Shown piece after piece: positions 39,333 through 48,094 of a DNA stretch of 64,000 nucleotides. Each line of letters opens with the position of its first letter. Positions within the stretch are counted from its first letter, which is position 1. The notes beneath the pieces are model-generated. The model did no database searches and was not told the origin of the DNA. It was given only the letters and a program-made list of their open reading frames with translations. The position numbers and the translations under genes were made by a program. The DNA is from Candidatus Geocrenenecus huangii (GTDB lineage: Archaea > Thermoproteota > Nitrososphaeria_A > Caldarchaeales > Wolframiiraptoraceae), in assembly GCA_023254095.1 (NCBI GenBank), contig JALNLM010000006.1:1-64000 (forward strand), in the 5' to 3' direction.

Positions 39333-39797
39333 ATGGAGGAAAAAAGAATTAAGGTTACGATAAAAACTTCTGAAAACGAGGTTGTCGAGTTTGAGGGCAG
39401 ATATGAAGAGGTTTGGATGAGCGTAAACAAGTACTTCTCTGAAATTTACCCTTCTCTATCAACTGTCAGGAAACTTGTCGGAGCAGTGGACGTCGAAGAA
39501 CTTATAAACAAGCTCTCGGGAAAAATCGAGATCAAAGAAGGCAGAATAAATATAGTTTCTGGAGGAGATGCTAAGCAAAAGATATTGTTATGCTTGGCGG
39601 GAGCATTCATAGGTAAAAGACTCGGCTTATTCGAGAAAGAATTTTTAACACCGAAGGAGATCGCTAATTATACAGGGATAGATGAAAGAATAACGAGAGC
39701 TAGATTGAGTGAGCTTAGGAAGGATGGGTTAGTCATAAGAAAAGAAGATGGATTATATGGGTTTACCATTGCTTCACTTAAAGAAATAATCGATTAA
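39333..39797 (+). CDS. Hypothetical protein: same N-terminal module plus C-terminal winged helix
   Basis: IKVTIKTSENEVVEFEGRYEEV; LTPKEIANYTG...ARLSELRKDGLV...GLY. Confidence 0.8.
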   Translation: MEEKRIKVTIKTSENEVVEFEGRYEEVWMSVNKYFSEIYPSLSTVRKLVGAVDVEELINKLSGKIEIKEGRINIVSGGDAKQKILLCLAGAFIGKRLGLFEKEFLTPKEIANYTGIDERITRARLSELRKDGLVIRKEDGLYGFTIASLKEIID

Positions 39798-39940
39798 TAG
39801 ACTGCGTAGATCGTAGACGACGAGACCTTCTGTTATGGACTTTAACCCATCGTCTTGTTTTCTTTTCAGATAACCATCATAGTCTACTATTTATAACACA
39901 GTCTTTAACTTACTATACCCGAGAATAGGGGTAGATCTAG

Positions 39941-41332
39941 ATGAGGACTAAGATGGCTGTAACAATAGGTCCAGCATCAGCAGATCCTGAGAAGATTAAG
40001 AAATTCATCGAGCTCGGAGTCTCAGCTTTTAGAATAAACTTCAGCCACGGAGATGTTGAAGAATGGAAGAATTATGTAGATCTAATACAAGACGCATGCA
40101 GAAAGTATGATAGATACGTTGCTTTGATAGGAGATCTTCCAGGGCCATCCATTAGGCTCGGTGAATTAAAAGATAAAATACGTTTAGAAAAGGATGATGT
40201 AGTAAAGATAATTCATGGAGACAGGTCAGAAGAGGCCGATGAGAAAGTTTTACCGATACCGCTTGAACTCTTCTTCAAGAACATAAGTGTTAGAGACATT
40301 CTATTGATGGATGATGGACGGATCCAGCTAGTTATTCAAGAAGTCGGTAAGAATGAAGCTACAGCTAAAGCTTTAACATCTGCAGAGATAGGTTCGAGGA
40401 AAGCCGTAGTAATAAAAAATAAAGAAATAGGTTTACCAACACTCTCGAGCAGAGATCTTGAAGCTCTCAAGTTCAGCGTAGAAAATGATTTTGACTACAT
40501 TGGGTTAAGCTATGTGAGAAACATAGGAGACGTAGAGATCCTTAGGTCTACTCTAGTCTCACTAGGTAGTAGAGAGATTGGGGTAATAAGTAAGATAGAA
40601 ACGGTGAGCGCGTTCAATAATCTCGAGGAGATAACTGATTCTTCTGATGCATTACTTGTGGCGAGAGGCGACCTCGGAATGCATTTCGGATTAGAGCAAG
40701 TTCCCAGACTTCAAGAATTAATTGTTGAGAAATGCTTAGGGAAAGGTAAGCCAGTCATCGTGGCCACGCAGTTACTGGGCTCGATGGTAGAGAACCCTGT
40801 TCCAACTAGAAGCGAAATAGTAGACATCTTATCAGCCGCTAGAGATGGAGTAGACACTTTAATGTTAACAGGTGAAACGGCTGCGGGTAAGTACCCCCTA
40901 GAAGCCGTAGAATGGTTGAAGAAGATTATTGAAACGTATGATTCAACAATTACCCCTAGGAAGATCAAGCTAACGAGAGATGCTGATGTCAGAGATAGAT
41001 TCGCAGAAGGGATAACAATGCTTGCTGAATCTCTTAGAGCTTCTATAGCGATCTACACCAAGACAGGAAGAGTAGCTCTAAGGATATCGCGTAACCGTCC
41101 AAACGTAAACATATATGCTTGCTCAGGCTCGATCAAGACAATCCGTAGAATCTCGATATTATGGGGGGTGAAGCCGGTGAAGGTTGATGCCCAAGAATAC
41201 TTTGAAGGTCTGGAGGAGATGCTTTCTACATTAAGATCTTCCGGAGAAGTTAAAAACGGAGATGTTGTGATCCTAACTTATGGTTTGAAAGATGAGCCTA
41301 TGCATCTTGTTAAGATAATCCAGGTTCGGTAA
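39941..41332 (+). CDS. pyk: Pyruvate kinase
   Basis: TIGPAS, RINFSHG, DLPGP, MDDG, KIE, VARGDLG, ATQLLGSM, PTRSE, GETAAG. Confidence 0.98.
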   Translation: MRTKMAVTIGPASADPEKIKKFIELGVSAFRINFSHGDVEEWKNYVDLIQDACRKYDRYVALIGDLPGPSIRLGELKDKIRLEKDDVVKIIHGDRSEEADEKVLPIPLELFFKNISVRDILLMDDGRIQLVIQEVGKNEATAKALTSAEIGSRKAVVIKNKEIGLPTLSSRDLEALKFSVENDFDYIGLSYVRNIGDVEILRSTLVSLGSREIGVISKIETVSAFNNLEEITDSSDALLVARGDLGMHFGLEQVPRLQELIVEKCLGKGKPVIVATQLLGSMVENPVPTRSEIVDILSAARDGVDTLMLTGETAAGKYPLEAVEWLKKIIETYDSTITPRKIKLTRDADVRDRFAEGITMLAESLRASIAIYTKTGRVALRISRNRPNVNIYACSGSIKTIRRISILWGVKPVKVDAQEYFEGLEEMLSTLRSSGEVKNGDVVILTYGLKDEPMHLVKIIQVR

Positions 41333-41348
41333 CCCGATTCACAGAATC

Positions 41349-41921
41349 CTAGATAGCAAGCTCAGGTCTAACTTCTCTTATAATTGGCAGAATCCTGAAA
41401 TAGATTTTTCTCAAGACTTCCAGATCGTCTCTACAATGCTTTTTTATCTTTGCAGCAGATCGTCTATCATTTTTCATGGCTTTAAGATACAGTGAAGGGA
41501 CATCTATTCCTTCTACACTGACATCTTTAGATATATCGAGAAATCTAGCAACATGATATAGATTTACGAGTGAAAGCTTCAAGTAGTTTCGGACGAATTC
41601 GGCAAGATCGAAGTGTGACGCCCTATATATCAATTCTACTCTAAGATCATGCTTGAGCGCTCTTGCCGCTAGGAACGGTATATCGAATTTACTGCCATTC
41701 CAAGTGAATACTATATGATATTTAGACAAGTAATTTATAATTGAAGATAATGCTTCTCTTTCCTTCGAAGGAGTACTTGCATAAAACCATTTGAATCTAC
41801 CTTCCTCATCCATGAATCCTCCTCCAACAAGATAACCTACATCTGCATCTAGAGAAGTGGTCTCCAGATCCATAAAACAGATCCTAGGCTTAACTATTCT
41901 CATCTTCCCGGTCTTAGACAT
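41349..41921 (-). CDS. YprB/RNase_H_2-type 3'-5' exonuclease-like protein
   Basis: DLETT, TWNGSKFDIPFL, HFDL, HCRDD. Confidence 0.85.
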   Translation of the reverse strand: MSKTGKMRIVKPRICFMDLETTSLDADVGYLVGGGFMDEEGRFKWFYASTPSKEREALSSIINYLSKYHIVFTWNGSKFDIPFLAARALKHDLRVELIYRASHFDLAEFVRNYLKLSLVNLYHVARFLDISKDVSVEGIDVPSLYLKAMKNDRRSAAKIKKHCRDDLEVLRKIYFRILPIIREVRPELAI

Positions 41922-42156
41922 CTAGAGATTAATTCATGCTCTGCTAGATAAGATTTCCTAATCAATACTCTCGTCAAATTTTTGATAGAGGAAGTGGCCT
42001 CTTCAAATTCCGTTGGAAGATAAACTTTCACAATACTAGGGAGAAAATAAAGCTAAGAAGAACCATTATGAAGTAGATTATTGAGGATAGACCTAATCAC
42101 ATCCACGTTATTAAACTTACATCATTAGTCAAGATTGCTTGAAGACATACCAAATG

Positions 42157-42241
42157 TGCGGGGGGTGGGATTCGAACCCACGAACCCCTACGGGACAGGG
42201 TCCTAAGCCCTGCGCCTTTGACCAGACTTGGCTACCCCCGC
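42157..42241 (-). tRNA. tRNA-Leu(TAG), intronless, long variable arm
   Basis: Reverse complement GCGGGGG TAGCCAAG...CAGGG CT TAG GA CCCTG...GGTTCGAATCC...CCCCCGC A. Confidence 0.96.
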
Positions 42242-42276
42242 TTCTCTGGATCATGTAACAGGCTGATTTTTATCTT

Positions 42277-42639
42277 TTAGCCGCATGGATACTCATAGAC
42301 TAACTTGTAAATCTTATCGTTATGTCTTATTTTTGCATGGTCTCCTAATAATTTGTCTAGGATTTCTTCAGGTATTCTTCTCAACTCATCTTTAGAGATT
42401 ACCAGTATAGCTGGTTCGGGCAGCGTCCAGACATATTCCTCGTTTATCTCTATTCCATACTCTCGGCGAATCTTGCTTAGATGTTCTTCAAACTTAATGT
42501 CCGCCTCCAGAAGTTTTGCCACTAACCCACTTATAGAATCTAAAAAGGAGCTATCGAATATTTTCTCTCCTAGATCGGTGGTTAAAGCGTATCTCCAGAT
42601 CTTTATCTTTACATTGTCCGGCAATTCATCTAGATCCAT
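42277..42639 (-). CDS. Hypothetical protein
   Basis: 120-aa ORF with typical composition and GTGAG RBS-like site; no motif recognised. Confidence 0.65.
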   Translation of the reverse strand: MDLDELPDNVKIKIWRYALTTDLGEKIFDSSFLDSISGLVAKLLEADIKFEEHLSKIRREYGIEINEEYVWTLPEPAILVISKDELRRIPEEILDKLLGDHAKIRHNDKIYKLVYEYPCG

Positions 42640-42770
42640 AACTCACATAGAATTTGGTAGATCCCGGGATATAGATTTAATCAGGTCAGAAAATTATGTG
42701 TAGTCCTCGATAGAGTATTAGAGGACCATGAAAGCAATGTCAAAATACTAGTCTTACAGAGATTCTAGAT

Positions 42771-42839
42771 GGCTGTGATGAATGAACGTCGCGTAGGAGC
42801 GGGGTTGGAGCCGTGACAGAACCTCCTCTCATCTGAGCC
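42771..42839 (+). ncRNA. Box C/D sRNA candidate, D guide antisense to 16S rRNA
   Basis: C box GTGATGA 42775-42781, D box CTGA 42833-42836, terminal GGC/GCC stem; guide ACCTCCTCTCA is complementary to the archaeal 16S segment UGAGAGGAGGU. Confidence 0.7.
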
Positions 42840-42862
42840 GCCGCCCGATAACTCATACAGAA

Positions 42863-42980
42863 TAGAATGTCAATATTGCTACGGATTCCATCGGAATTTC
42901 TAGGCGGATATAAATCCGCATATCGATGAACTGGCTGAATAACCAGTTTCTAGTTCTCTACAACTGGCATAAACATTCTA
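42863..42980 (+). ncRNA. Candidate multibranch structured RNA upstream of queT
   Basis: Closing stem UAGAAUGU/ACAUUCUA encloses CAUCGG/UCGAUG, GCGGAU/AUCCGC, AACUGG/CCAGUU and CUAGUU/AACUGG helices. Confidence 0.4.
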
Positions 42981-43057
42981 GGAATATAATAGCATTCTTA
43001 AAGTGATGGTGTTAAGATTTTTTACTAAGTATTCTCATAAATATTTGAGAGTATTCT

Positions 43058-43594
43058 TTGAGGAGGATAGCTTTAGCCTCTATGTTTGCAGCTGTATACG
43101 CTGTATTGGTTGTTGGGCTAGCGCCGGTAAGCTTCCTCCCTTTCCAAGTAAGATTTGCAGACGCATTAATACCCTTAAGCATCGCTTATGGATGGCCAGC
43201 TATCATCGGGCTAACCATAGGATGCACAGTATCAAATTTTATCGCTGGCCAAGCATTCTTCGGTGGATGGACAGTAATAGACGTAGTAGGAGGTTCACTA
43301 GCAAACTTTCTAGCATGCTTTATCGGATGGAAAATATGCTTAAAACATGCTAAGAAGATTATATTCCCAACAACAATTCTCCAATCAATTATAGTATCGA
43401 TGATCGTTGGAAGCTATCTATGGTACATCTTCGGAGCCCCACAGTACTATAATCTTTACTCACTTACTCTACCGGGCCTACCCGCCTTTATTTTATCTAT
43501 ATTCATAGGTTCTTTCATCTCAATAGTGATCTTAGGCAACATCCTGCTAACAGCTATCATAAGGACAGGCTTCCCAACCCAAAAGAAAATTTAA
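43058..43594 (+). CDS. queT: QueT-family (COG4708) transporter
   Basis: AAVYAVL, PVSFLPFQVRFADAL, GLTIGC...N, DVVGGSLA; multi-TM. Confidence 0.88.
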   Translation: MRRIALASMFAAVYAVLVVGLAPVSFLPFQVRFADALIPLSIAYGWPAIIGLTIGCTVSNFIAGQAFFGGWTVIDVVGGSLANFLACFIGWKICLKHAKKIIFPTTILQSIIVSMIVGSYLWYIFGAPQYYNLYSLTLPGLPAFILSIFIGSFISIVILGNILLTAIIRTGFPTQKKI

Positions 43595-43698
43595 AATACT
43601 CTAGATTCTTCTATCCTTAGATGTCTATTGAGGAGCCAAAAACACCGATCAGTAAAAATTAGACAATATGAAAGACGATACTGGAAAATGTAGTATGG

Positions 43699-43917
43699 AT
43701 GGGGTCCAACATGAATGTAAAAGAGTTCCTTAAGGAGTCTTTGATGCTTGCATTATTAATGACTACCCCACCTATAGCCTTGCTAGTATTGATTAAGATA
43801 ACTGAGCCTAGGATTTCTTGGCTCTCTCTATTTTTATGGACCGTCTTAGCAGTATCATGGACGATCTTCGTAGCTTTAACATACTATAGGAAGAGTTTAA
43901 AAACAATAAGAAAATGA
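43699..43917 (+). CDS. Small two-TM membrane protein
   Basis: 72 aa, two hydrophobic helices, basic tail; directly ahead of pheA. Confidence 0.55.
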   Translation: MGSNMNVKEFLKESLMLALLMTTPPIALLVLIKITEPRISWLSLFLWTVLAVSWTIFVALTYYRKSLKTIRK

Positions 43918-43926
43918 TGTAGAGGT

Positions 43927-44757
43927 GTGAATTTGAAGTTAAAGATAGCTTTCCAAGGAGAAAGAGGTGCATACAGTGAAGAAGCTGCACTCCAATTCTT
44001 TAATCAGGAAGTAGAGTTCATCCCATGTAGAGATTTATCAACAGTATTTAACGTAGTCGAGGCAGGGATCGCGAACTACGGTGTAGCTCCAATAGAGAAT
44101 AGTATCGAGGGGTCAGTCAATGAAACATATGACCTACTCTTATCGACAGGTTTGAAGGTTTCAGGAGAAATATACCTAAAAGTATCGCACTGCCTGATAG
44201 CTCATCCAGATGCGGAACCGAAAAACATAAAAAAGGTGATTTCTCATCCACAAGCTCTAGCTCAATGCAGGATATACTTGATGAGCAAAAAGCTTGAAGC
44301 TATACCAAGCTACGACACGGCGGGAAGCGTAAAGAAGATATTTGAAGAAAGAATTCTAGATACGGCAGCTATAGCGAGTGAGCGAGCGGCCAAGATATAT
44401 TCTATGAAGATTCTAGATAGAGAGATAGAGGATTATGGTAGAAACTATACGAGATTCTTGGTCATGAGTAGGAATGATGCTGAGCCGACTGGTGAGGATA
44501 AGACCTCGATAATCTTTTCTTTACCACATATTCCAGGCTCACTATATCATACACTTGAAGAATTCGCTGTTAGAAACATAAACTTAACCAAGATCGAGTC
44601 TAGACCTACTAAACATAGACCCTTCGAGTATTATTTCTACGTGGACTTTGAAGGACATAGAAAAGATCCCCTAATAGAAGAGACATTGAATGCTATAAGC
44701 AAAAAGACGCTTCTACTAAAAGTCCTCGGCTCCTATCCTAAGGCTAGGTTAGTATGA
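43927..44757 (+). CDS. pheA: Prephenate dehydratase (with ACT domain)
   Basis: GAYSE, PIENSIEG, SHPQALAQC, NYTRF, NLTKIESRP, LGSYP. Confidence 0.97.
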   Translation: MNLKLKIAFQGERGAYSEEAALQFFNQEVEFIPCRDLSTVFNVVEAGIANYGVAPIENSIEGSVNETYDLLLSTGLKVSGEIYLKVSHCLIAHPDAEPKNIKKVISHPQALAQCRIYLMSKKLEAIPSYDTAGSVKKIFEERILDTAAIASERAAKIYSMKILDREIEDYGRNYTRFLVMSRNDAEPTGEDKTSIIFSLPHIPGSLYHTLEEFAVRNINLTKIESRPTKHRPFEYYFYVDFEGHRKDPLIEETLNAISKKTLLLKVLGSYPKARLV

Positions 44758-44776
44758 CATATACGGGTCGAAATAC

Positions 44777-45391
44777 TTGGAAGAATGGGTTATCTTTGTT
44801 ACTGGAGTAGCATCAGTCGGCAAAACGTTATTCAGTATGAAACTTGCAGAAAAACTTGGAATAAGATTTATCGATCTCCCAGAAGTTATCATGGAGATGA
44901 AGCTCTATGAGTATTATGATGAAGTAGCTAGAGAGTATGTTGTTGACTTCAGGAAAGTTTCAGGCAAACTAGGATCACTGCTAAAAAAGGATAAAACGAT
45001 TATTGCGTCTGTTTACTTGTTTAAACCTAGGAATATAACTGTTAGGCTGGTGATAGTGTTAAGAGTTCGACCAGATATTTTGATGCTGAGATTAAGGGAA
45101 AGAGGCTACCCTGAATGGAAGATCGCAGAAAACCTTCTAGCCGAGATAGTTGATAAGCCACTCCATGATGCTTTAAAGACCTTTGGTAAGAGAAAAGTAA
45201 TACAGATAGATGTTACCGACAAGAACATTGATGAACTAGTAGAAAACGTCTATTCAGCTTACCTATCAAGCAATCTAAGGAACCTGGATGTTAGAGTAGA
45301 CTGGATAGGCGAATTAGAAAAGGTCGAAAGAGGTCATGATGTTCTACAATTCTTGGCAAGATACACTAAATTTATTTCCAAGCAGATCTAG
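44777..45391 (+). CDS. Fap7/hCINAP-like adenylate kinase family protein
   Basis: TGVASVGKT P-loop; RLRERGYPEWKIAENLLAEI; VDWI. Confidence 0.8.
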   Translation: MEEWVIFVTGVASVGKTLFSMKLAEKLGIRFIDLPEVIMEMKLYEYYDEVAREYVVDFRKVSGKLGSLLKKDKTIIASVYLFKPRNITVRLVIVLRVRPDILMLRLRERGYPEWKIAENLLAEIVDKPLHDALKTFGKRKVIQIDVTDKNIDELVENVYSAYLSSNLRNLDVRVDWIGELEKVERGHDVLQFLARYTKFISKQI

Positions 45392-45403
45392 GAGATTCAG
45401 GAG

Positions 45404-45958
45404 ATGAGGATTGCAGTAGACCTAGATGGTGTTCTAGCAAACTCTATGAAGACCTGGCTCAAGATATGGTATCAAAGAACAGGCCAGCTTATAGAATTCG
45501 AAGAGTTAACTGATTGGTTCTTCTGGAGGAAGCTCAACATCGACGAAGAAACTTTCATAGGAATATTGAATACCGCATGGGCAAGATGGATCGAGATACC
45601 TCCGACAGAAGATAATATTGGTGAGAAGGTTCGTAGACTGAAGATTCTGGGAAATGTAGATATAGTTACGGCCAGACCTAGAAATACTGAAAAATACGCT
45701 ATAAGATGGTTAAACTATCACAGGATACCCTTCGATAAATACGTATGGACTCAGAACAGCATGGCTAAAGTAAGACTCGGTTATGACGTATACATTGATG
45801 ATTCGCCTAGCATGATCGAGGTCTTAGAAAATACGGGTAAGGTCCTCCTACTATACGCTCAACCATGGAATAGAAACATTCAAGAGAAAGAAAACGTGAA
45901 GATGATTAATAATCTAGATGAAGCATACTCGTTCCTAAGAGAGAAAAAGAGTTTTTAG
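45404..45958 (+). CDS. HAD-family 5'(3')-deoxyribonucleotidase-like protein
   Basis: DLDGVL, VTAR, YIDDSP, QPWN. Confidence 0.88.
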   Translation: MRIAVDLDGVLANSMKTWLKIWYQRTGQLIEFEELTDWFFWRKLNIDEETFIGILNTAWARWIEIPPTEDNIGEKVRRLKILGNVDIVTARPRNTEKYAIRWLNYHRIPFDKYVWTQNSMAKVRLGYDVYIDDSPSMIEVLENTGKVLLLYAQPWNRNIQEKENVKMINNLDEAYSFLREKKSF

Positions 45959-45984
45959 GTTGATTTAGAAACTATATCCGAGAA

Positions 45985-46491
45985 TTGAAAGCAAGCTATC
46001 TGAGCAAGAAGGAAACATTAAAGCTTCTAGAAAAACTTGAAGAACTATCTTGGTTTAAACCGTTTCTAGATAAGAAGGTCAAGAATGTATTCAGGATAGA
46101 GGCTGAAGATGCAACATTTTACAAAATCCAGAAGATACTTTTGGTCGAGAAGTCTGGACTGATCTTCCCCACTCTGATAGAACAATATAGTGGAGACGTT
46201 CTACATAGTATGCCATACATCGTTGTGGACATGGGTGCAGTGTCACACATAGTTAACGGTGCTGATATTATGAGACCAGGCGTAAGAGAAGTATTCGGGG
46301 TCTTCAACGAAGACGATATATTGGTCGTTAAAGATGAGAAGAATAAGAAGCCTATCGCGATTGCTCGATGTCTAGTGAACCATGAGGGATTCAAATCGAT
46401 GTCCAGAGGCAAAGTTGCTGAGAACATTCATCACATAGATGACAAGTTGTGGAAGATGATACGTCAGTACAAAGAATTGATTGAACGTTAA
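45985..46491 (+). CDS. PUA-domain RNA-binding protein (MCT-1/Tma20-like)
   Basis: FPTL, VVDMGAV...NGADIMRPG, RGKV...HHIDDKLW. Confidence 0.9.
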   Translation: MKASYLSKKETLKLLEKLEELSWFKPFLDKKVKNVFRIEAEDATFYKIQKILLVEKSGLIFPTLIEQYSGDVLHSMPYIVVDMGAVSHIVNGADIMRPGVREVFGVFNEDDILVVKDEKNKKPIAIARCLVNHEGFKSMSRGKVAENIHHIDDKLWKMIRQYKELIER

Positions 46492-46509
46492 TGTAGGGTT
46501 TGTATCTTT

Positions 46510-47934
46510 TTGTACGATACCTCTACAAAGTCAAGAGTTATTAATCTGTGCAACCATGTTGTTATCATGCCTAGATTGGCCATAACGGTTATAATGGTCT
46601 TCACACTAGCACTAATCGTTGCAACTCCCGCAAATGGAGAAGCATACACCGCAATACTGCAAGATGAAAATCTTAGGATTTCACTATATTATCCTCCAGA
46701 AGTAAAGATAAATTCTTGCTATAATTTTAGATTTGAGGCTCAAGCCTTTGAGTCACTAACAATAGGTGAGATTAGATTAAAAGTAAAGATGTATAGAAAT
46801 GGTGTAACGGAAACTCTCCATGATAGTATACTTGTCGATGATACTGCGGTTGGAAGTGGGTGGACGTTCAGCAAGAACATCGTTGTATGTATTCCTACAC
46901 CGAGGAGACCTGACCCATTCCTAGAAGCAGAGATATATGCAAGCTACACTCTAGACAGTGGAGATACGAAGACATTATCAACAGAATGGTATATGTCTAC
47001 CGTTAGAACGAAGACATATGATGAATTATTGTCAGAACTTGATGAAACGAAGAAGAAGATTAAATATCTTGAGGATAGGGTTAGAGACCTCGAAGACGAT
47101 ATAGAAGAGTTGGAGGAAAGATTATCTAATATGTCTAGGAGCTATAACGAGCTGTTAACAGATTATAAAGCTTTACAGAAGAGTTTTCAGAGGCTCCAAG
47201 ATGATTATGGCTCTTTACAGCAAAAGTACATTGGACTTCAAGATGAGTATAAGAATTTAAGCGAAGAATACAGGAAACTGTTAATCGATTATGAGAAGCT
47301 CAGAACGCTCTACGAAAAATTAATAGATGAAAATAAACAACTTCAATCAAACTATAATTCTCTTAGAGAAGACTATATCTCATTAACGAAAGAATACTAC
47401 AGTCTTCAGGGAGTCCACCAAGACCTGACAGAAAGATACAATGATCTAACGAGCAGGTATGAGCTGAATATTGAGACTATAGGTCAACTCCAATCAACTA
47501 TAGATGGTCTGGAGAAAACTATTAGAGAAAAAGATGAAAAAATAAATGAACTCAACTTGATCTACTCTTCGACGGCGAGCGAGAATACGTTGACTAAGAG
47601 TATACTCTATGCTCAAACTGCGGCTGTAGTTGGAGTGGGAGCAGGCATATACATTATGAGTTTGAGGAGAAGGAAGTCGGCTCAACCATCGACTGGATTT
47701 TCTTCTCAGCCTCCGGTGCCTCCTCCTCCAACCACCCCTCTAAAGGAGGAGGTGAAAAACTCTGGGAATGGTAGAGTTCAGAAGATTCTCTCCGGCAGAA
47801 GGATAACCTTACCTAGAGATGCTCTAGAAAAGTTAAACATTAACGAGGGTGGAAAAGTAGTTGTGGAAGTATATGATGATTACGTTAAGATAATGCCGGT
47901 AAAAGGAGAAATACAAGAAAATAACAATAACTAG
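46510..47934 (+). CDS. Secreted beta-domain + long coiled coil + TM + cytoplasmic AbrB/SpoVT-like domain protein (true start probably ATG 46567)
   Basis: Signal peptide MPRLAITVIMVFTLALIVATPANG; ~190-aa heptad repeat; TM ending RRRK; PPVPPPP; GRRITLPRDALEKLNINEGGKVVVEVYDDYVKIMPV. Confidence 0.8.
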   Translation: MYDTSTKSRVINLCNHVVIMPRLAITVIMVFTLALIVATPANGEAYTAILQDENLRISLYYPPEVKINSCYNFRFEAQAFESLTIGEIRLKVKMYRNGVTETLHDSILVDDTAVGSGWTFSKNIVVCIPTPRRPDPFLEAEIYASYTLDSGDTKTLSTEWYMSTVRTKTYDELLSELDETKKKIKYLEDRVRDLEDDIEELEERLSNMSRSYNELLTDYKALQKSFQRLQDDYGSLQQKYIGLQDEYKNLSEEYRKLLIDYEKLRTLYEKLIDENKQLQSNYNSLREDYISLTKEYYSLQGVHQDLTERYNDLTSRYELNIETIGQLQSTIDGLEKTIREKDEKINELNLIYSSTASENTLTKSILYAQTAAVVGVGAGIYIMSLRRRKSAQPSTGFSSQPPVPPPPTTPLKEEVKNSGNGRVQKILSGRRITLPRDALEKLNINEGGKVVVEVYDDYVKIMPVKGEIQENNNN

Positions 47935-47950
47935 ATAAGTGTAGTAAACC

Positions 47951-48094
47951 ATGATGGAGATGGTGAGAAGGATATATTCTTTAACAATTCCAGAAGAATT
48001 CTTGTTAAAGATTTCAGAGAACATCTACAAGTTTATAGAAGCTTCGAAGATTCTAGAATACGACTTCGTTGAAGACAATGTTCCAGAAGAGTGA
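47951..48094 (+). CDS. Unannotated 47-aa GatC/AtzG-like small amidase partner
   Basis: Hand translation MMEMVRRIYSLTIPEEFLLKISENIYKFIEASKILEYDFVEDNVPEE*; stop lies 5 nt before amidase ATG 48100. Confidence 0.6.
   Translation: MMEMVRRIYSLTIPEEFLLKISENIYKFIEASKILEYDFVEDNVPEE

Noticed and set aside
47010-47570. Apparent periodicity in the coiled-coil gene
   Set aside because: It is a protein heptad pattern, not a DNA tandem repeat or CRISPR array
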